In this document: piece after piece, positions 47,628-57,332 of the stretch
Layout: each line of letters starts with the position of its first letter
Numbering within the stretch: position 1 is the stretch's first letter
DNA from: Candidatus Dormiibacterota bacterium
GTDB taxonomy: Bacteria; Chloroflexota; Dormibacteria; Aeolococcales; Aeolococcaceae
DNA length: 64,000 nucleotides
NCBI GenBank assembly: GCA_963777445.1
Contig: CAVZQR010000011.1
Coordinates: 3,697 to 67,696 of the forward strand
Direction of reading: 5' to 3'
Program-made: the position numbers and the translations under genes
The notes under the pieces: generated by a model
The model's database searches: none
Told to the model about the DNA's origin: nothing
Seen by the model: only the letters and a program-made list of their open reading frames with translations

Positions 47628-50303
47628 TTGGGGCTGATACTGGACGGTGCCTTGAGCACTGCGACCCTTGTGCTGTCGTGGGCTTTGGGGGGCGCCTGCA
47701 TCCTGCTGGGCGCATTCACCGTCGACGGGTGGCTGCGCCGGCGTGATCGCACGCGTGCATTTCTCGCCGTGTCGATCGTGCTGCTGTGCGGCTGCGGGGT
47801 TGCGGTCGGCGCCACGATGCTCAGCCGGGACCGGGCGGCCTGGAGCAGCGAGCTCGCGATCACACTCTTCCTCGCCTCCGGCCTGGCGTTCTTTGGTTTC
47901 CGCGCAGCGATGGACCGGCTTGCCGTTGCCTTCAGCGTTGCAGTCGGCGCCGTGGTCGTGGCCACCGTGGTGCTCGTCGGCATCGCCGGCATCTCCTTCG
48001 GCGGCGCGCAGTCGACCGGCCAGCGGCTTGTCGTGGTGCTGCTTGCCGCCGTCTGGCTCGGATGCGTCGTGGAGCCCGCCATCCGGTTGTGGGGGATCTC
48101 GGCGGCGATGCCCCGAGTGCAGCGCGCCAGGCTCCGCTCGATCGCCCTCGCCTACGGTGGTGTGGTCGTCGCCCTCCTGCTGTCGATCGGCATGGCTGTG
48201 CTCCTTGGGCGCGATCATCCTGAGATCACGGTCGCGATCCCGGCCCTTGCGGTGCTGCCGTTCTTCTACATCGGCTTCGAGCCGCCGCGCTGGTTGCTCG
48301 CCTTCTGGCGCCAGCGCGAGGAGGGCCATTTCCGCGAGGCGTTCACCGACCTCGTGCTCTATTCGCCCGACCGCCAGCGGCTCGCGGAGCGTGCCGTGGA
48401 ATGGGCGGCGCGTCTGGTCGGCGCCGACGGAGCGGTGATCGCCACGGAAGACGGCGAGGTGCTGGCCGTGCACGGGCTGGACCGGACCGCCGGCTGGAAG
48501 CTCGTCTCGGAGATGACCGGATACGGCGACACGCGCTCGGTCACGACGCATCCGACGAACTCGCGTGGGGTGATTCGGGTCGTGCTCGAGGCGCAGCTCA
48601 GCCGGGGCATCATGGCGGTCACCTCGGGGCCGCTCACGCCGCTCTTCGGCGACGAGGAGGCGCTCCGGCTGACCCAGTACGGAACGGCGCTGGCTCCCGC
48701 GCTCGACCGGGTTCTGCTCGTCGAGCGAATGCGCCGCACTTCACAGCTCCTCGACCTCGCGTACGACGCAGTCACCACATGGAACGTGCGCACCCAGTTG
48801 ATCACCTTCTGGAACAAGGGGGCAGAGGAGCTGTACGGGTGGAGCAGCAACGAGGCGATCGGCCGCAACCCGGGCGAATTGCTGCACTCGGAGTTGCCGG
48901 AGAGCCGCGACGCCATCCTCGCCGTCCTGCGCGCCGAGGGGCGGTGGGAAGGCGAGATCACCCAGACGACCAAGACAGGAAATCGCGTCAGCGTTGCGGT
49001 GCGCTGGGCGCTGCAGAAGGACAGCGTGGGCTGGCCGGACGCGGTCATCGAGATCGGCCGCGACGTGACCGCAGACAAGGTGGCGGCGGCCGACCTGCGC
49101 GAGGCGCGCGACGTCGCCGAGCAGGCGTCGCAGGCGAAGAGCGAGTACCTGTCGCGCATGAGCCACGAGCTGCGCACACCGCTCACCGCGATCATCGGCT
49201 ACAGCGACCTGCTCGAGATGCGCGAACCGCGCGACGACCAGACCGAGGCCATCGCCGCCGTGCAGGAGGCGAGCGGCCATCTGCTCAGCCTGGTCAACGA
49301 CGTGCTCGACATTGCCCGCATCGAGTTGGGTCGAGAGACGTTCGCGCTCGAACCGGTCGCGCTCGAGGCGACGGTGGAGGAGTGCGTGCGACTGGTGGCG
49401 CCCTCGGCGCTCAGCCGCCACATCAAGATCACGCGATCGCTCGGCGACTGCGCTGGGGATTACGTGCTCGCCGATCGTCAGCGGCTCGTGCAGGCGTTGC
49501 TGAACCTGCTCTCGAACGCCGTCAAATACTCGGGCATCGACGCACACATCTTCGTCGAGGCGTCACATGAGTGGGAGACCGACGGACCCGCGGGATCCAA
49601 CGGGGCCGGGGGTGCCAGGAGCGAGTTCCTCCGCATTGCGGTCCGCGACACCGGCCCGGGGTTCGGTGACGATGAGAAGGCGCGGCTCTTCCAGCCCTTC
49701 GAGCGACTCGGCGCCGAGCGCACGACCGTCCCGGGGACCGGTCTCGGCCTCGCCCTGACGCGCAAGCTCGTCCAGGGGATGCACGGCACCATCGGCGTCG
49801 AGAGCGTCCGCGGAGCTGGAAGCACGTTCTGGATCAGGCTCAACCGCTCACCGATCTCGGCGCCCAAACCGCGAGTGCGGCGCAAGCCACCGGTGGCGGC
49901 GCCCGTCGTCGATTGCGACCGCACGGTGCTCTACGTTGAGGACAACCTCGCGACGATCGGGCTGATGGAGGAGGTGTTCTCGATGCGGCCCCAAATCCAT
50001 CTGCTCACCGCCATGCAGGGCGGGCTCACCCTGGAACTGGCACGCGAGCATCATCCCGATCTGATCGTCCTGGACCTGCACCTTCCGGACATCCAGGGTG
50101 ACGAGGTGCTCGCGCAATTGCGCGCGGATCCACGCACCGCCGGCATCCCGGTTGTGATGTGCAGCGCCGACGCCACCGAACGGCGCCGCAAGCAGCTGAT
50201 GGCCGCCGGTGCTCACGCATACTTGACGAAACCCGTGAAAGTGCAACGGTTTCTGCGCATGCTCGACGAGGTGCTCAACAGCATCCCGGTCATTCCCGCG
50301 TGA
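47628..50303 (+). CDS. Membrane hybrid sensor histidine kinase (TM / GAF-like / PAS / HisKA / HATPase / REC)
   Basis: About 7 TM; PAS FWNKGAEELYGW; SHELRTPL; NLLSNAVKY; DTGPG; GTGLGL; YVEDN, LDLHLPD, TKP. Confidence 0.9.
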   Translation: MGLILDGALSTATLVLSWALGGACILLGAFTVDGWLRRRDRTRAFLAVSIVLLCGCGVAVGATMLSRDRAAWSSELAITLFLASGLAFFGFRAAMDRLAVAFSVAVGAVVVATVVLVGIAGISFGGAQSTGQRLVVVLLAAVWLGCVVEPAIRLWGISAAMPRVQRARLRSIALAYGGVVVALLLSIGMAVLLGRDHPEITVAIPALAVLPFFYIGFEPPRWLLAFWRQREEGHFREAFTDLVLYSPDRQRLAERAVEWAARLVGADGAVIATEDGEVLAVHGLDRTAGWKLVSEMTGYGDTRSVTTHPTNSRGVIRVVLEAQLSRGIMAVTSGPLTPLFGDEEALRLTQYGTALAPALDRVLLVERMRRTSQLLDLAYDAVTTWNVRTQLITFWNKGAEELYGWSSNEAIGRNPGELLHSELPESRDAILAVLRAEGRWEGEITQTTKTGNRVSVAVRWALQKDSVGWPDAVIEIGRDVTADKVAAADLREARDVAEQASQAKSEYLSRMSHELRTPLTAIIGYSDLLEMREPRDDQTEAIAAVQEASGHLLSLVNDVLDIARIELGRETFALEPVALEATVEECVRLVAPSALSRHIKITRSLGDCAGDYVLADRQRLVQALLNLLSNAVKYSGIDAHIFVEASHEWETDGPAGSNGAGGARSEFLRIAVRDTGPGFGDDEKARLFQPFERLGAERTTVPGTGLGLALTRKLVQGMHGTIGVESVRGAGSTFWIRLNRSPISAPKPRVRRKPPVAAPVVDCDRTVLYVEDNLATIGLMEEVFSMRPQIHLLTAMQGGLTLELAREHHPDLIVLDLHLPDIQGDEVLAQLRADPRTAGIPVVMCSADATERRRKQLMAAGAHAYLTKPVKVQRFLRMLDEVLNSIPVIPA

Positions 50304-50313
50304 GCGGCTGACA

Positions 50314-51132
50314 TTGCCGCCGGTTTTCGAGGTCCTCAGCGCAGTCACCGCCGGCGAGCCGGTCGCAGCCGAAGTTCCGTATGGAGGCCCGCTGCGTTTT
50401 CCCGCGTCGCCGCGACCCTACGTCGTCGCGAACTTCGTCGCGTCAATCGACGGTGTCGCATCGCTGGGGCTGACCGACGGCACAGATTCGACGACGCTGA
50501 GCGGCAGCTCGCGAGCCGACCGCTACCTGATGGCGCTGCTGCGGGCGAGCGCCGACGCGGTGGTGATCGGCGCCGGCAACCTGCGCGCGACGCCGGGCCA
50601 CCAGTGGACCCCGGCGGCGGTGGCGGGCGACGACGCCGCGGCCATCGAGGCGTATCGCTTCCAGCGGACCGGAGCCGCCGAGCCAGCGCCGCTGGTTGTG
50701 GTCTCGGCGACCGGCGATCTCCCCCCGCACGTCGCGCTCGACCGACCTGACGCCAGCGTCGCCGTGGTCACCTCAGCGGCAGGAGCGCTCAAGGTTCGCG
50801 CTGCTCATCCGCTCGTGAACGTGATCGAGATGGACCGGCAGGACGGTGTGGGCGGGGCCGGGATCGTGGCGGCGGTGACGTCAGCGCTCGGCCCCGGGTT
50901 GCTGCTCTGCGAGGGTGGGCCGTCACTGTTCGGCCGCCTGATGGCGGACGAGGCGGTGCACGAACTGTTCCTGACCATCTCGCCACGAATCGCGGGACGC
51001 GACCACGACCAGCCGCGGCCGGGTGTCGTGGACGCGTGGGCCGCCTCGGCGGCTGCGCTGCGCACCGCCACCATCGACTCGGTGCGGCGGTCCGACGACC
51101 ACCTCTTTCTGCGGTACCACATCCAGTCCTGA
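50314..51132 (+). CDS. RibD C-terminal / DHFR-like reductase
   Basis: NFVASIDG, ADAVVIGAG, LLCEGGP, ELFLTISP. Confidence 0.85.
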   Translation: MPPVFEVLSAVTAGEPVAAEVPYGGPLRFPASPRPYVVANFVASIDGVASLGLTDGTDSTTLSGSSRADRYLMALLRASADAVVIGAGNLRATPGHQWTPAAVAGDDAAAIEAYRFQRTGAAEPAPLVVVSATGDLPPHVALDRPDASVAVVTSAAGALKVRAAHPLVNVIEMDRQDGVGGAGIVAAVTSALGPGLLLCEGGPSLFGRLMADEAVHELFLTISPRIAGRDHDQPRPGVVDAWAASAAALRTATIDSVRRSDDHLFLRYHIQS

Positions 51133-51279
51133 GCTCCAGACGCGGCGGACCGCGTCGGTCAGGAGATCCTCGACCCTCTGACCGGTCTCACCGGCGCCGC
51201 GACGGGCGACCGTGAGCAACTCGGGGTTGCTGCGCAGGAAGCGGGTCGCGGCGTCGATGATGACGGCGTTCTCGGGCAT
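50923..51279 (-). CDS. Possible small hypothetical protein
   Basis: First ~50 codons look protein-like and fill the gap after padR, but the rest overlaps the ribD-like gene by ~200 bp. Confidence 0.3.
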   Translation of the reverse strand: MPENAVIIDAATRFLRSNPELLTVARRGAGETGQRVEDLLTDAVRRVWSSGLDVVPQKEVVVGPPHRVDGGGAQRSRRGGPRVHDTRPRLVVVASRDSWRDGQEQFVHRLVRHQAAEQ

Positions 51280-51318
51280 GCCCCCATCGTGGGACGCGCC
51301 GGCGACAGGTGCCTGTCG

Positions 51319-52017
51319 TCAGTCCTCGGTCTTCTCGGATGGGGACTCGGTCCCGGCGAGCAGCAGGTAGAGCCTTCGGCGCGCATCGCGGAGGATGGAG
51401 CGCGCCTCGGCGATGTGGCCGGCGTCTCCGGTCCGGCTGACCTGCCAGACCGCCGCGAGCAGCTGGAACGCCTGATCGCGGAGGTCCCGATGATCCCCAC
51501 CCATGGAGCCCGCGGCCTCGGCCCAGGGTGCGGGACCGGTGGCGAGCTTGGTCGCCTCCTCGCGGCCCGAGTCGGTGAGTTCGAAGACGCGGCGACCACC
51601 GTCAGCCTCGACCGCGCGGACCAAGCCCTCGTCTTCGAGCTGCTGGAGCGTGGGGTACACCGAGCCGGGGCTTGCCCTCCACGCGCCATCGCTGCGGCGC
51701 TCGAGCTCCTGGATGATCTGGTAGCCGTGCGACGGCTTCTCGGCGAGGAGGACGAGGATCGCGGCGCGGACATCACCGCGCGCCGCGCGCCTGCCCGGTC
51801 CGAACGGCTGGCCGAAGCCTCCGGGACCACCGAAACCGGCGGCGAAGTCGGGGGCATCGAAGGGCGGCCATCCCCGGCGATGGCGGTTCCGGGCGCCATG
51901 CTCGAGGTGCTCCCGGACGTGGTGGTGGAAGCGTGCGGCGGCTTCGTGATGGGCCCATGCGCGCTCGTCGTGCTGGGTTGGGTGAGGGTGTTCCCTGGTC
52001 ATGTCGATTCGCTCCAT
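51319..52017 (-). CDS. PadR family regulator with His-rich N-terminus
   Basis: RGDVRAAILVLLAEKPSHGYQIIQEL...SPGSVYPTLQQLEDEGLV. Confidence 0.9.
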   Translation of the reverse strand: MERIDMTREHPHPTQHDERAWAHHEAAARFHHHVREHLEHGARNRHRRGWPPFDAPDFAAGFGGPGGFGQPFGPGRRAARGDVRAAILVLLAEKPSHGYQIIQELERRSDGAWRASPGSVYPTLQQLEDEGLVRAVEADGGRRVFELTDSGREEATKLATGPAPWAEAAGSMGGDHRDLRDQAFQLLAAVWQVSRTGDAGHIAEARSILRDARRRLYLLLAGTESPSEKTED

Positions 52018-52038
52018 GGCGGCTGATTCGATGTACCA

Positions 52039-52067
52039 ACGATATATCGAGACCGGTCGCTTGTCAA
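52039..52067 (-). promoter_or_regulatory. Sigma70 promoter of padR with overlapping palindromic operator
   Basis: Minus strand TTGACA-N17-TATCGT; palindrome CGATATATCG at 52040-52049. Confidence 0.7.
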
Positions 52068-52073
52068 ATGGCG

Positions 52074-53138
52074 CTACCCACTCGCAGCCCAGTCCAGGTT
52101 CATCTGAGCGAGCATCTCGGCCGCGACGACCGGCGCCGAGATCAGGTCGATATCCAGCTCGTGGTTGCGCGCGAAGCCGCCGCCCGACCAGTTGGCGCTG
52201 CCGAAGAGCACCGACGTCGCGTCGGCGACGATCGCCTTGGCGTGGAGCAACTCACCGTGGCTCCGATACCAGCGGACCTCGATACCGTCGCTGAGCAGGG
52301 CCGCGTACGAGGGATCACTCGATGGCTGCGACGGGTCGAGGAGGACGCGGACGGCGACCCCGCGGAGCGCCGCCGCCTCGAGTGCGTGCACGACACCTGT
52401 GTCGGTGAGGACGAACAACTCCAGGTCGAGCGCGTGGCGAGCGCCGTCGATCAGCCCCAGCGCGAGCGGCCGGATGTCGGCCCCCGGGAGGGTCGCCGCA
52501 ACATCGATCGATGGGTCGGGCATGGAGTCGGGCACCGCGACGTCGCGGCCGCACGTGACCAGGTCGCGAGCGAACACGCGATCCAGGTTGCGGACCACGG
52601 GGCCACGCAGCTCGGCGTCGTAGTCGTGATTCGCCGGAGAATTCACACCCCAGTTGATGCCGCCAACGACCGCAACCGCCGCATCGACGACCAGGAGCTT
52701 GACGTGGTCGATCATCTGCCGGCGGACCGGGTAATCGACGACATCGACGCCGGCGGTGCGGAGGATCGCGGCGGTTGCGACGCTGCTCACCTCCGATGGA
52801 TCGTCGATGACGGTGACCGCGACACCCCTCGAGTGAGCTGCGATGAGTGCTTCCGCGAGCCCGCGCCGGCCGAATTCGTAGATCTCAACGTGAATGCTCA
52901 CCCGAGCCCCGCGGATCAGCGAGTCGAGGCGCGCGAACGTGGATGGCCCGCTCCGGAGCAGCGCCACCTGGTCGGGCCCGACCAACGTCGCTGGGGCGGG
53001 ACCGAGGAGTGGAGCCGGCCTCGCGGGCGGCACCGCCGACGCCTGGACCTGGGCGCATCCGACCACCACCGCGGCTGCTGCGAGTGCGGCAATGAGGCAG
53101 CGCCAGACGGATCCGAAGACCGTACGCAAGATGGACAT
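52074..53138 (-). CDS. Exported phospholipase D-family protein
   Basis: Two HKD motifs (HVKLLVVD, HAKAIVAD..GSANW); lipobox-like VVGC. Confidence 0.85.
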   Translation of the reverse strand: MSILRTVFGSVWRCLIAALAAAAVVVGCAQVQASAVPPARPAPLLGPAPATLVGPDQVALLRSGPSTFARLDSLIRGARVSIHVEIYEFGRRGLAEALIAAHSRGVAVTVIDDPSEVSSVATAAILRTAGVDVVDYPVRRQMIDHVKLLVVDAAVAVVGGINWGVNSPANHDYDAELRGPVVRNLDRVFARDLVTCGRDVAVPDSMPDPSIDVAATLPGADIRPLALGLIDGARHALDLELFVLTDTGVVHALEAAALRGVAVRVLLDPSQPSSDPSYAALLSDGIEVRWYRSHGELLHAKAIVADATSVLFGSANWSGGGFARNHELDIDLISAPVVAAEMLAQMNLDWAASG

Positions 53139-53261
53139 GTTGCGGCCAAAGTACCACAGATCCGCGTAGGTATGATGCGATGGCCCAGGCACGTTCACGG
53201 GAGTGGATCGCGCCAATGGACCTATACTCGGCCGGATGCATTGTCAAGGAGGCGTTGTTGG

Positions 53262-53495
53262 GTGAAGACGGCTCTCACCGTGGCGCAGGTGGTGGTCGGG
53301 GTCTTGGCGATGCTTGGCATCCTCCTCCAGACCCCGAAGTCAACCGGCCTCGGCGGAACCATCGGTGGTGGAGGAGACTCCGGCGGCGGGTACCGGCGCC
53401 GGCGAGGGTTGGAGGCGAGCCTGCTGCGCTTCTCGGCAGCGATGATCGCGCTCTTCGTCGTCATCTCGGTTCTCGCCACCTACGTCACCAAGTAA
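53262..53495 (+). CDS. secG: Preprotein translocase subunit SecG
   Basis: RBS AAGGAGG; ILLQ.PK..GLGGTIGG...RRGLE; two TM segments. Confidence 0.88.
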   Translation: MKTALTVAQVVVGVLAMLGILLQTPKSTGLGGTIGGGGDSGGGYRRRRGLEASLLRFSAAMIALFVVISVLATYVTK

Positions 53496-53524
53496 GGTGG
53501 CTCCGCCGCCATAGGCCGATCGAG

Positions 53525-55102
53525 GTGCTCGCCGGGACGGCACTCGGGCTGGTGGCGGTCGGTGGCCTCGGGTTTGCGCTTTCGCTGCATTTCGGGCTGA
53601 TCGGCGGGCCCCAGTTCACCGAGGGCCTGGTCGTGAGCGAGCGCCCGATGTCGCTGAACCCGCTTGTCGGCGCGTCCGACCCGGCTGTCGTCGACGTCGG
53701 CCACCTCCTGTACCGATCGCTGCTCAAACTCGACAGCACCGGCTACCCGACGACCGATCTCGCGCAGTCGTACACGGTGAGCAGTAACGGGCTCGTCTAC
53801 GCGGTCTCGCTCCCGTCGGGCCTCGAGTGGTCGAACGGCGCCCCGATCACCGTCGCCGACGTTGCAGCCACCGACGCCTTCGCGCTCTCCCGGCAGGCGA
53901 GCGATCCGACCTTGGCAACCGCACTCACGGGCGTCAAGGTCGCGACGTCGTTCTCGACGGTGACCTTCACGCTGTCCTCGCCGCGCTCGTCGTTCGCCGC
54001 GACGCTCACCCAGATGCCGATCCTCCCGTTGGGCGCACTCAGCGAACCAGCGCTGCTCAACGCCGGCGCGCATCCCACGTCGCCGCTGCCGACGTCGGGA
54101 CCCTACGACGTGGCGTCCACGGCCGCGCTCGCGATCGTGCTCCAGCCCAACCCGCATGCCGCCGTACACCCGGTCATCAAGAGCTACGAGCTCCGCCTCT
54201 TCGTCACATTTGCAGACGCCGCGTATGCCTTTTCCCAGGGGACGGTTGGCGCGCTCCTCGCGACGACACCCGAGGAGCTGTCGACGCTCATGGCCGTGAA
54301 GGGAGCGCAGGCGCAGAGCATGACGACACCCGAGTTCGTCGATCTGATGTTCAACGAGCGCGTCCCGGGCCTTGCGGAGTCGGCGGTCCGCCATGCCATC
54401 GGCATCGCCATCAATCGATCGGCAGTGGTGTCCGGCGCGTTGGACGGACGTGGGGGAGTGGTTCAGACGGGCCCGTACTCGGCGGGCATCCCGTGGGTCG
54501 GTCCTCCGGCCACGGAGGCGATCTCGCCGACAGCAGCTTCCTCGGTCCTGGAGAGCAACGGGTGGGTCGCCGGATCGGGCGGCATCCGCCAGCGCGGCAC
54601 GACACGGCTCGCCTTCACGCTCGCCGTCCCCGATATCAACCCACTCCCCGTGGTTGCGCACGAGGTGGCGACCCAGCTGGCGGCGATCGGCATCCAGGCA
54701 ACGGTGGATGCCGTCCCACCCGCCAGCTTTCTCGCCGGCACGCTCGTCAGTGGCGACTTCCAGCTTGCGATCGACGTCTGGAGCCCGGTCCCGGATCCCG
54801 ATGTCAGTGCCTTCTGGCGCTCCAACGCGGTTCCGCCGCACGGATACAACGTGTCCGGCGGCACACCCGACCCTTTCCTCGACGCTGCGCTGGACATGCT
54901 CGCCCAGTCTCAGGATCGTGGTGTCCGCATCACCTCGGCAGCGCAGGTGGCGTCTCTTGTCGCTGCCGATGCCCCGGCTGTTTTCCTGTACACCCCCAAG
55001 GTCTTCATGGTCTTCAGATCACCCGCACCCACCGCACCGATTCCCTCGCTCGGACCGGAATCCGCGCGCTACGACGAGATCGCGTCGTGGGAAATCCATT
55101 GA
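53525..55102 (+). CDS. Peptide/nickel ABC transporter substrate-binding protein (family 5)
   Basis: SLNPL, WSNGAPITVADV, SGPY, VRHAIGIAINR. Start uncertain. Confidence 0.85.
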   Translation: MLAGTALGLVAVGGLGFALSLHFGLIGGPQFTEGLVVSERPMSLNPLVGASDPAVVDVGHLLYRSLLKLDSTGYPTTDLAQSYTVSSNGLVYAVSLPSGLEWSNGAPITVADVAATDAFALSRQASDPTLATALTGVKVATSFSTVTFTLSSPRSSFAATLTQMPILPLGALSEPALLNAGAHPTSPLPTSGPYDVASTAALAIVLQPNPHAAVHPVIKSYELRLFVTFADAAYAFSQGTVGALLATTPEELSTLMAVKGAQAQSMTTPEFVDLMFNERVPGLAESAVRHAIGIAINRSAVVSGALDGRGGVVQTGPYSAGIPWVGPPATEAISPTAASSVLESNGWVAGSGGIRQRGTTRLAFTLAVPDINPLPVVAHEVATQLAAIGIQATVDAVPPASFLAGTLVSGDFQLAIDVWSPVPDPDVSAFWRSNAVPPHGYNVSGGTPDPFLDAALDMLAQSQDRGVRITSAAQVASLVAADAPAVFLYTPKVFMVFRSPAPTAPIPSLGPESARYDEIASWEIH

Positions 55103-55156
55103 GCGCGAGTGCGCTGGGCACGGCGCTGCGCCGCTGCTACCATCTCGGGGCACCTC

Positions 55157-55240
55157 GCCGAGGTGGTGGAACTGGTAGACACGCAGCGTTCAGGGCGCTG
55201 TGCTCGTAAGGGCGTAAGGGTTCGATTCCCTTCCTCGGCA
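55157..55240 (+). tRNA. tRNA-Leu(CAG)
   Basis: Acceptor GCCGAGG/CCTCGGC-A; anticodon arm CAGCG-TTCAGGG-CGCTG; long variable arm; GGTTCGATTCC; CCA not encoded. Confidence 0.95.
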
Positions 55241-55384
55241 CTCTCGGAAACGGGTGTCTCAATACGAATTGGTGCCCTGGAATGCCCCCGAAATGACTCC
55301 CTGAAGGGTCAGATAAAGGGTCAACCTCCGGAGATTCGGCCTGCGTCGACACGAGCACCCTCATTCGGGCTCGGAGAGGCATCG

Positions 55385-55525
55385 CTACGAGCGTCCAGTC
55401 GGTGCGGTGGGTGTCGGCGCTCCTGTCGGCGAGAGCGCTGGCCGCACGGTCGGCGTGGCTGTCGACCCACAAGCTCCGGGGCCGACCACGGCGATAGCAG
55501 TACCGATGATGGCGATGTACTTCAT
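55385..55525 (-). pseudogene. Truncated paralog of the adjacent lipoprotein (signal peptide and PT linker only)
   Basis: MKYIAIIGTAIAVVGPGACGS.. versus MKLTTVIGTAIAVVELAACGS..; stops after 46 aa. Confidence 0.6.
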
Positions 55526-55543
55526 AGCGGCTTTGCCTGGCGG

Positions 55544-56698
55544 CTACGCTGGCGGCACCCCTAAAGCGCCTACCGGTAAGTCGGAGGAGATTCTCACGGG
55601 GCTCGTGAAGCTGCGCGAGAGCAACCAAGCCCCCGGCTGGTACTGGCCCTGGCCGACAACGAGGCGACCATCGGAAAGCCAGACCGCGGGCGCGTAGTTG
55701 CGCAGGGTGGCGACCGCCGAGTTGGTCCTCAGATCCACGACATGGGTCTCGTAGTACCCACTAGCGAAGTTGCCGATGTAGGAGCCGTAGGCCAGATAGC
55801 GACCGTCGGCGGAAACGGTGACGGCGCCGTACTCGGTGGCGTTGAGGGGTTGCATGGCAAGGGTCGTGGTGCCCGAGGTCTGCACCACCTGCAGCTTGGA
55901 GGGATCAGAGCTTGCCGGGCTCGCCTGGGTGACGCACACCGAACCGGAGGGGTTGGAGGCCGGGCACTGCAGGGACTTCTCGAGAACCTTGGTGGTGGGA
56001 TCGAAGGTGACGGCGCCGAACTCAGCGAAGCTGCCGAACGGAGCGGCGCCACCGAGCCCCTTGGGCTGCTGGGAGACGGAGATCCCGGCGCTGTTCCAGG
56101 CGAAGGGGAGCAGGACCTGGCCGCCGTTGGTGGTGTCGTTGGCGTCGTTGTAGACCAGGGTTGCGGAAGCGGCAGTGCCGCCCACGGGCTCGGTCCAGAG
56201 CTGGGAGTGGTCAGATGTCGCTCCGTTATCACCAGCGACTGCAAGGGGGATACCGAACACGATGGTGGTCTCGTCGGGAGAGACGGCAAAAGTGGTGTAG
56301 GCCTGGCGGTCGGCCGCGGTGACGGTGCTGCTCAGCTGGGGAATCTGACCTGCCACGCTGATACTGCCGTCACGAGCAAGCGCCTTCACTTCGGTGCCGG
56401 AGACGAAGTAGACGTGATCCGTGCCGACGGAGTAGTCATTGCCGTCGATGCCCACGGGGATGGAGACTGTGGCGACGACGCTGCCGTCCTCGCCTACCAG
56501 GGAGAGCTGCTTCAGAGTCTGGCTCCCCGCGACGGTAACCACCAGCGGTGGAGGCGCCGTGGGCGTGGGTGATGGAGTTGGCACCGGCGTTGCGGTCGGC
56601 GAAGGGGTACGGCTCGCTGCCGGGGTGCCGGAACTTGATCCACAAGCTGCGAGTTCAACGACGGCGATCGCCGTGCCGATGACCGTTGTGAGTTTCAT
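55544..56698 (-). CDS. Lipoprotein with PT linker and probable beta-propeller (TolB/WD40-like)
   Basis: RBS GGAGG, lipobox LAAC, AVSPDETTIVF and VSADGRYLAY blade-like motifs. Confidence 0.75.
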   Translation of the reverse strand: MKLTTVIGTAIAVVELAACGSSSGTPAASRTPSPTATPVPTPSPTPTAPPPLVVTVAGSQTLKQLSLVGEDGSVVATVSIPVGIDGNDYSVGTDHVYFVSGTEVKALARDGSISVAGQIPQLSSTVTAADRQAYTTFAVSPDETTIVFGIPLAVAGDNGATSDHSQLWTEPVGGTAASATLVYNDANDTTNGGQVLLPFAWNSAGISVSQQPKGLGGAAPFGSFAEFGAVTFDPTTKVLEKSLQCPASNPSGSVCVTQASPASSDPSKLQVVQTSGTTTLAMQPLNATEYGAVTVSADGRYLAYGSYIGNFASGYYETHVVDLRTNSAVATLRNYAPAVWLSDGRLVVGQGQYQPGAWLLSRSFTSPVRISSDLPVGALGVPPA

Positions 56699-57059
56699 CT
56701 CGGCCTCCACCCATTCAACGGGAAAACGTTCCCAATAGTGACGGTAGGAGCGAAGCAGGACAGAGCAAAGAGGCGAACGTCCTCGCGGCGCGCGTCTTAT
56801 GTCACAGAGTTGGCCGGAACCGAGAAGAGAGGACCGCCGGCGCTCGATCCCCGGCGATGTCACGATCGTCGCCGGCCGGCACTTCGTGTGCGAACTCTGC
56901 ACTCGGGCAGCGGCGAGAACCCGCCGGGAAAGGTCCACGCCGATTCTGCAGGCGACGAATCTGCCCTTCGGTAATCAGCCCATTGGAGATGGCCTTCAAG
57001 ATGACCTACGGCTGCAGCATTGGATTGTCGAAGGGATAGAAGTATCGCCGCGATTGTCC

Positions 57060-57276
57060 AGAGCGTGAGGACATCACCTCGTACCGGACTGGCGAGTTCG
57101 TTCAGGTGACGTGCGAAGGCCGGTATGTCATAAGGCTTGCCAACGATGGCCGTCATCGGCTCCCTAACGGCTCCGGCCGAGAAGTAGCCAACTTCGTCTT
57201 TGCCCGCGAGCGCACACGCATTCAGCACACGCTCGAAGAGACTTCCTGGCCGAGTGCTTCGTGTAGCTCACTGGTA
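57060..57276 (-). pseudogene. Fragment resembling the C-terminal winged helix of a bacterial Cdc6/Orc1-like AAA ATPase
   Basis: AYQ*ATRSTRPGSLFERVLNACALAGKDEVGYFSAGAVREPMTAIVGKPYDIPAFARHLNEL; internal stop; no ATPase domain. Family assignment is from recall. Confidence 0.45.
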
Positions 57277-57332
57277 AGCGCACGTCGCCGGTGCCGGTCA
57301 GCCTCTACGCGTTCTCGTCGTCGGCAGTCGGG

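Noticed and set aside
37476-53495. Long alternative-frame ORFs and N-terminal extensions (e.g. 37476, 40245, 41696, 51933)
   Set aside because: Typical high-GC shadow ORFs opposite or overlapping well-supported genes.
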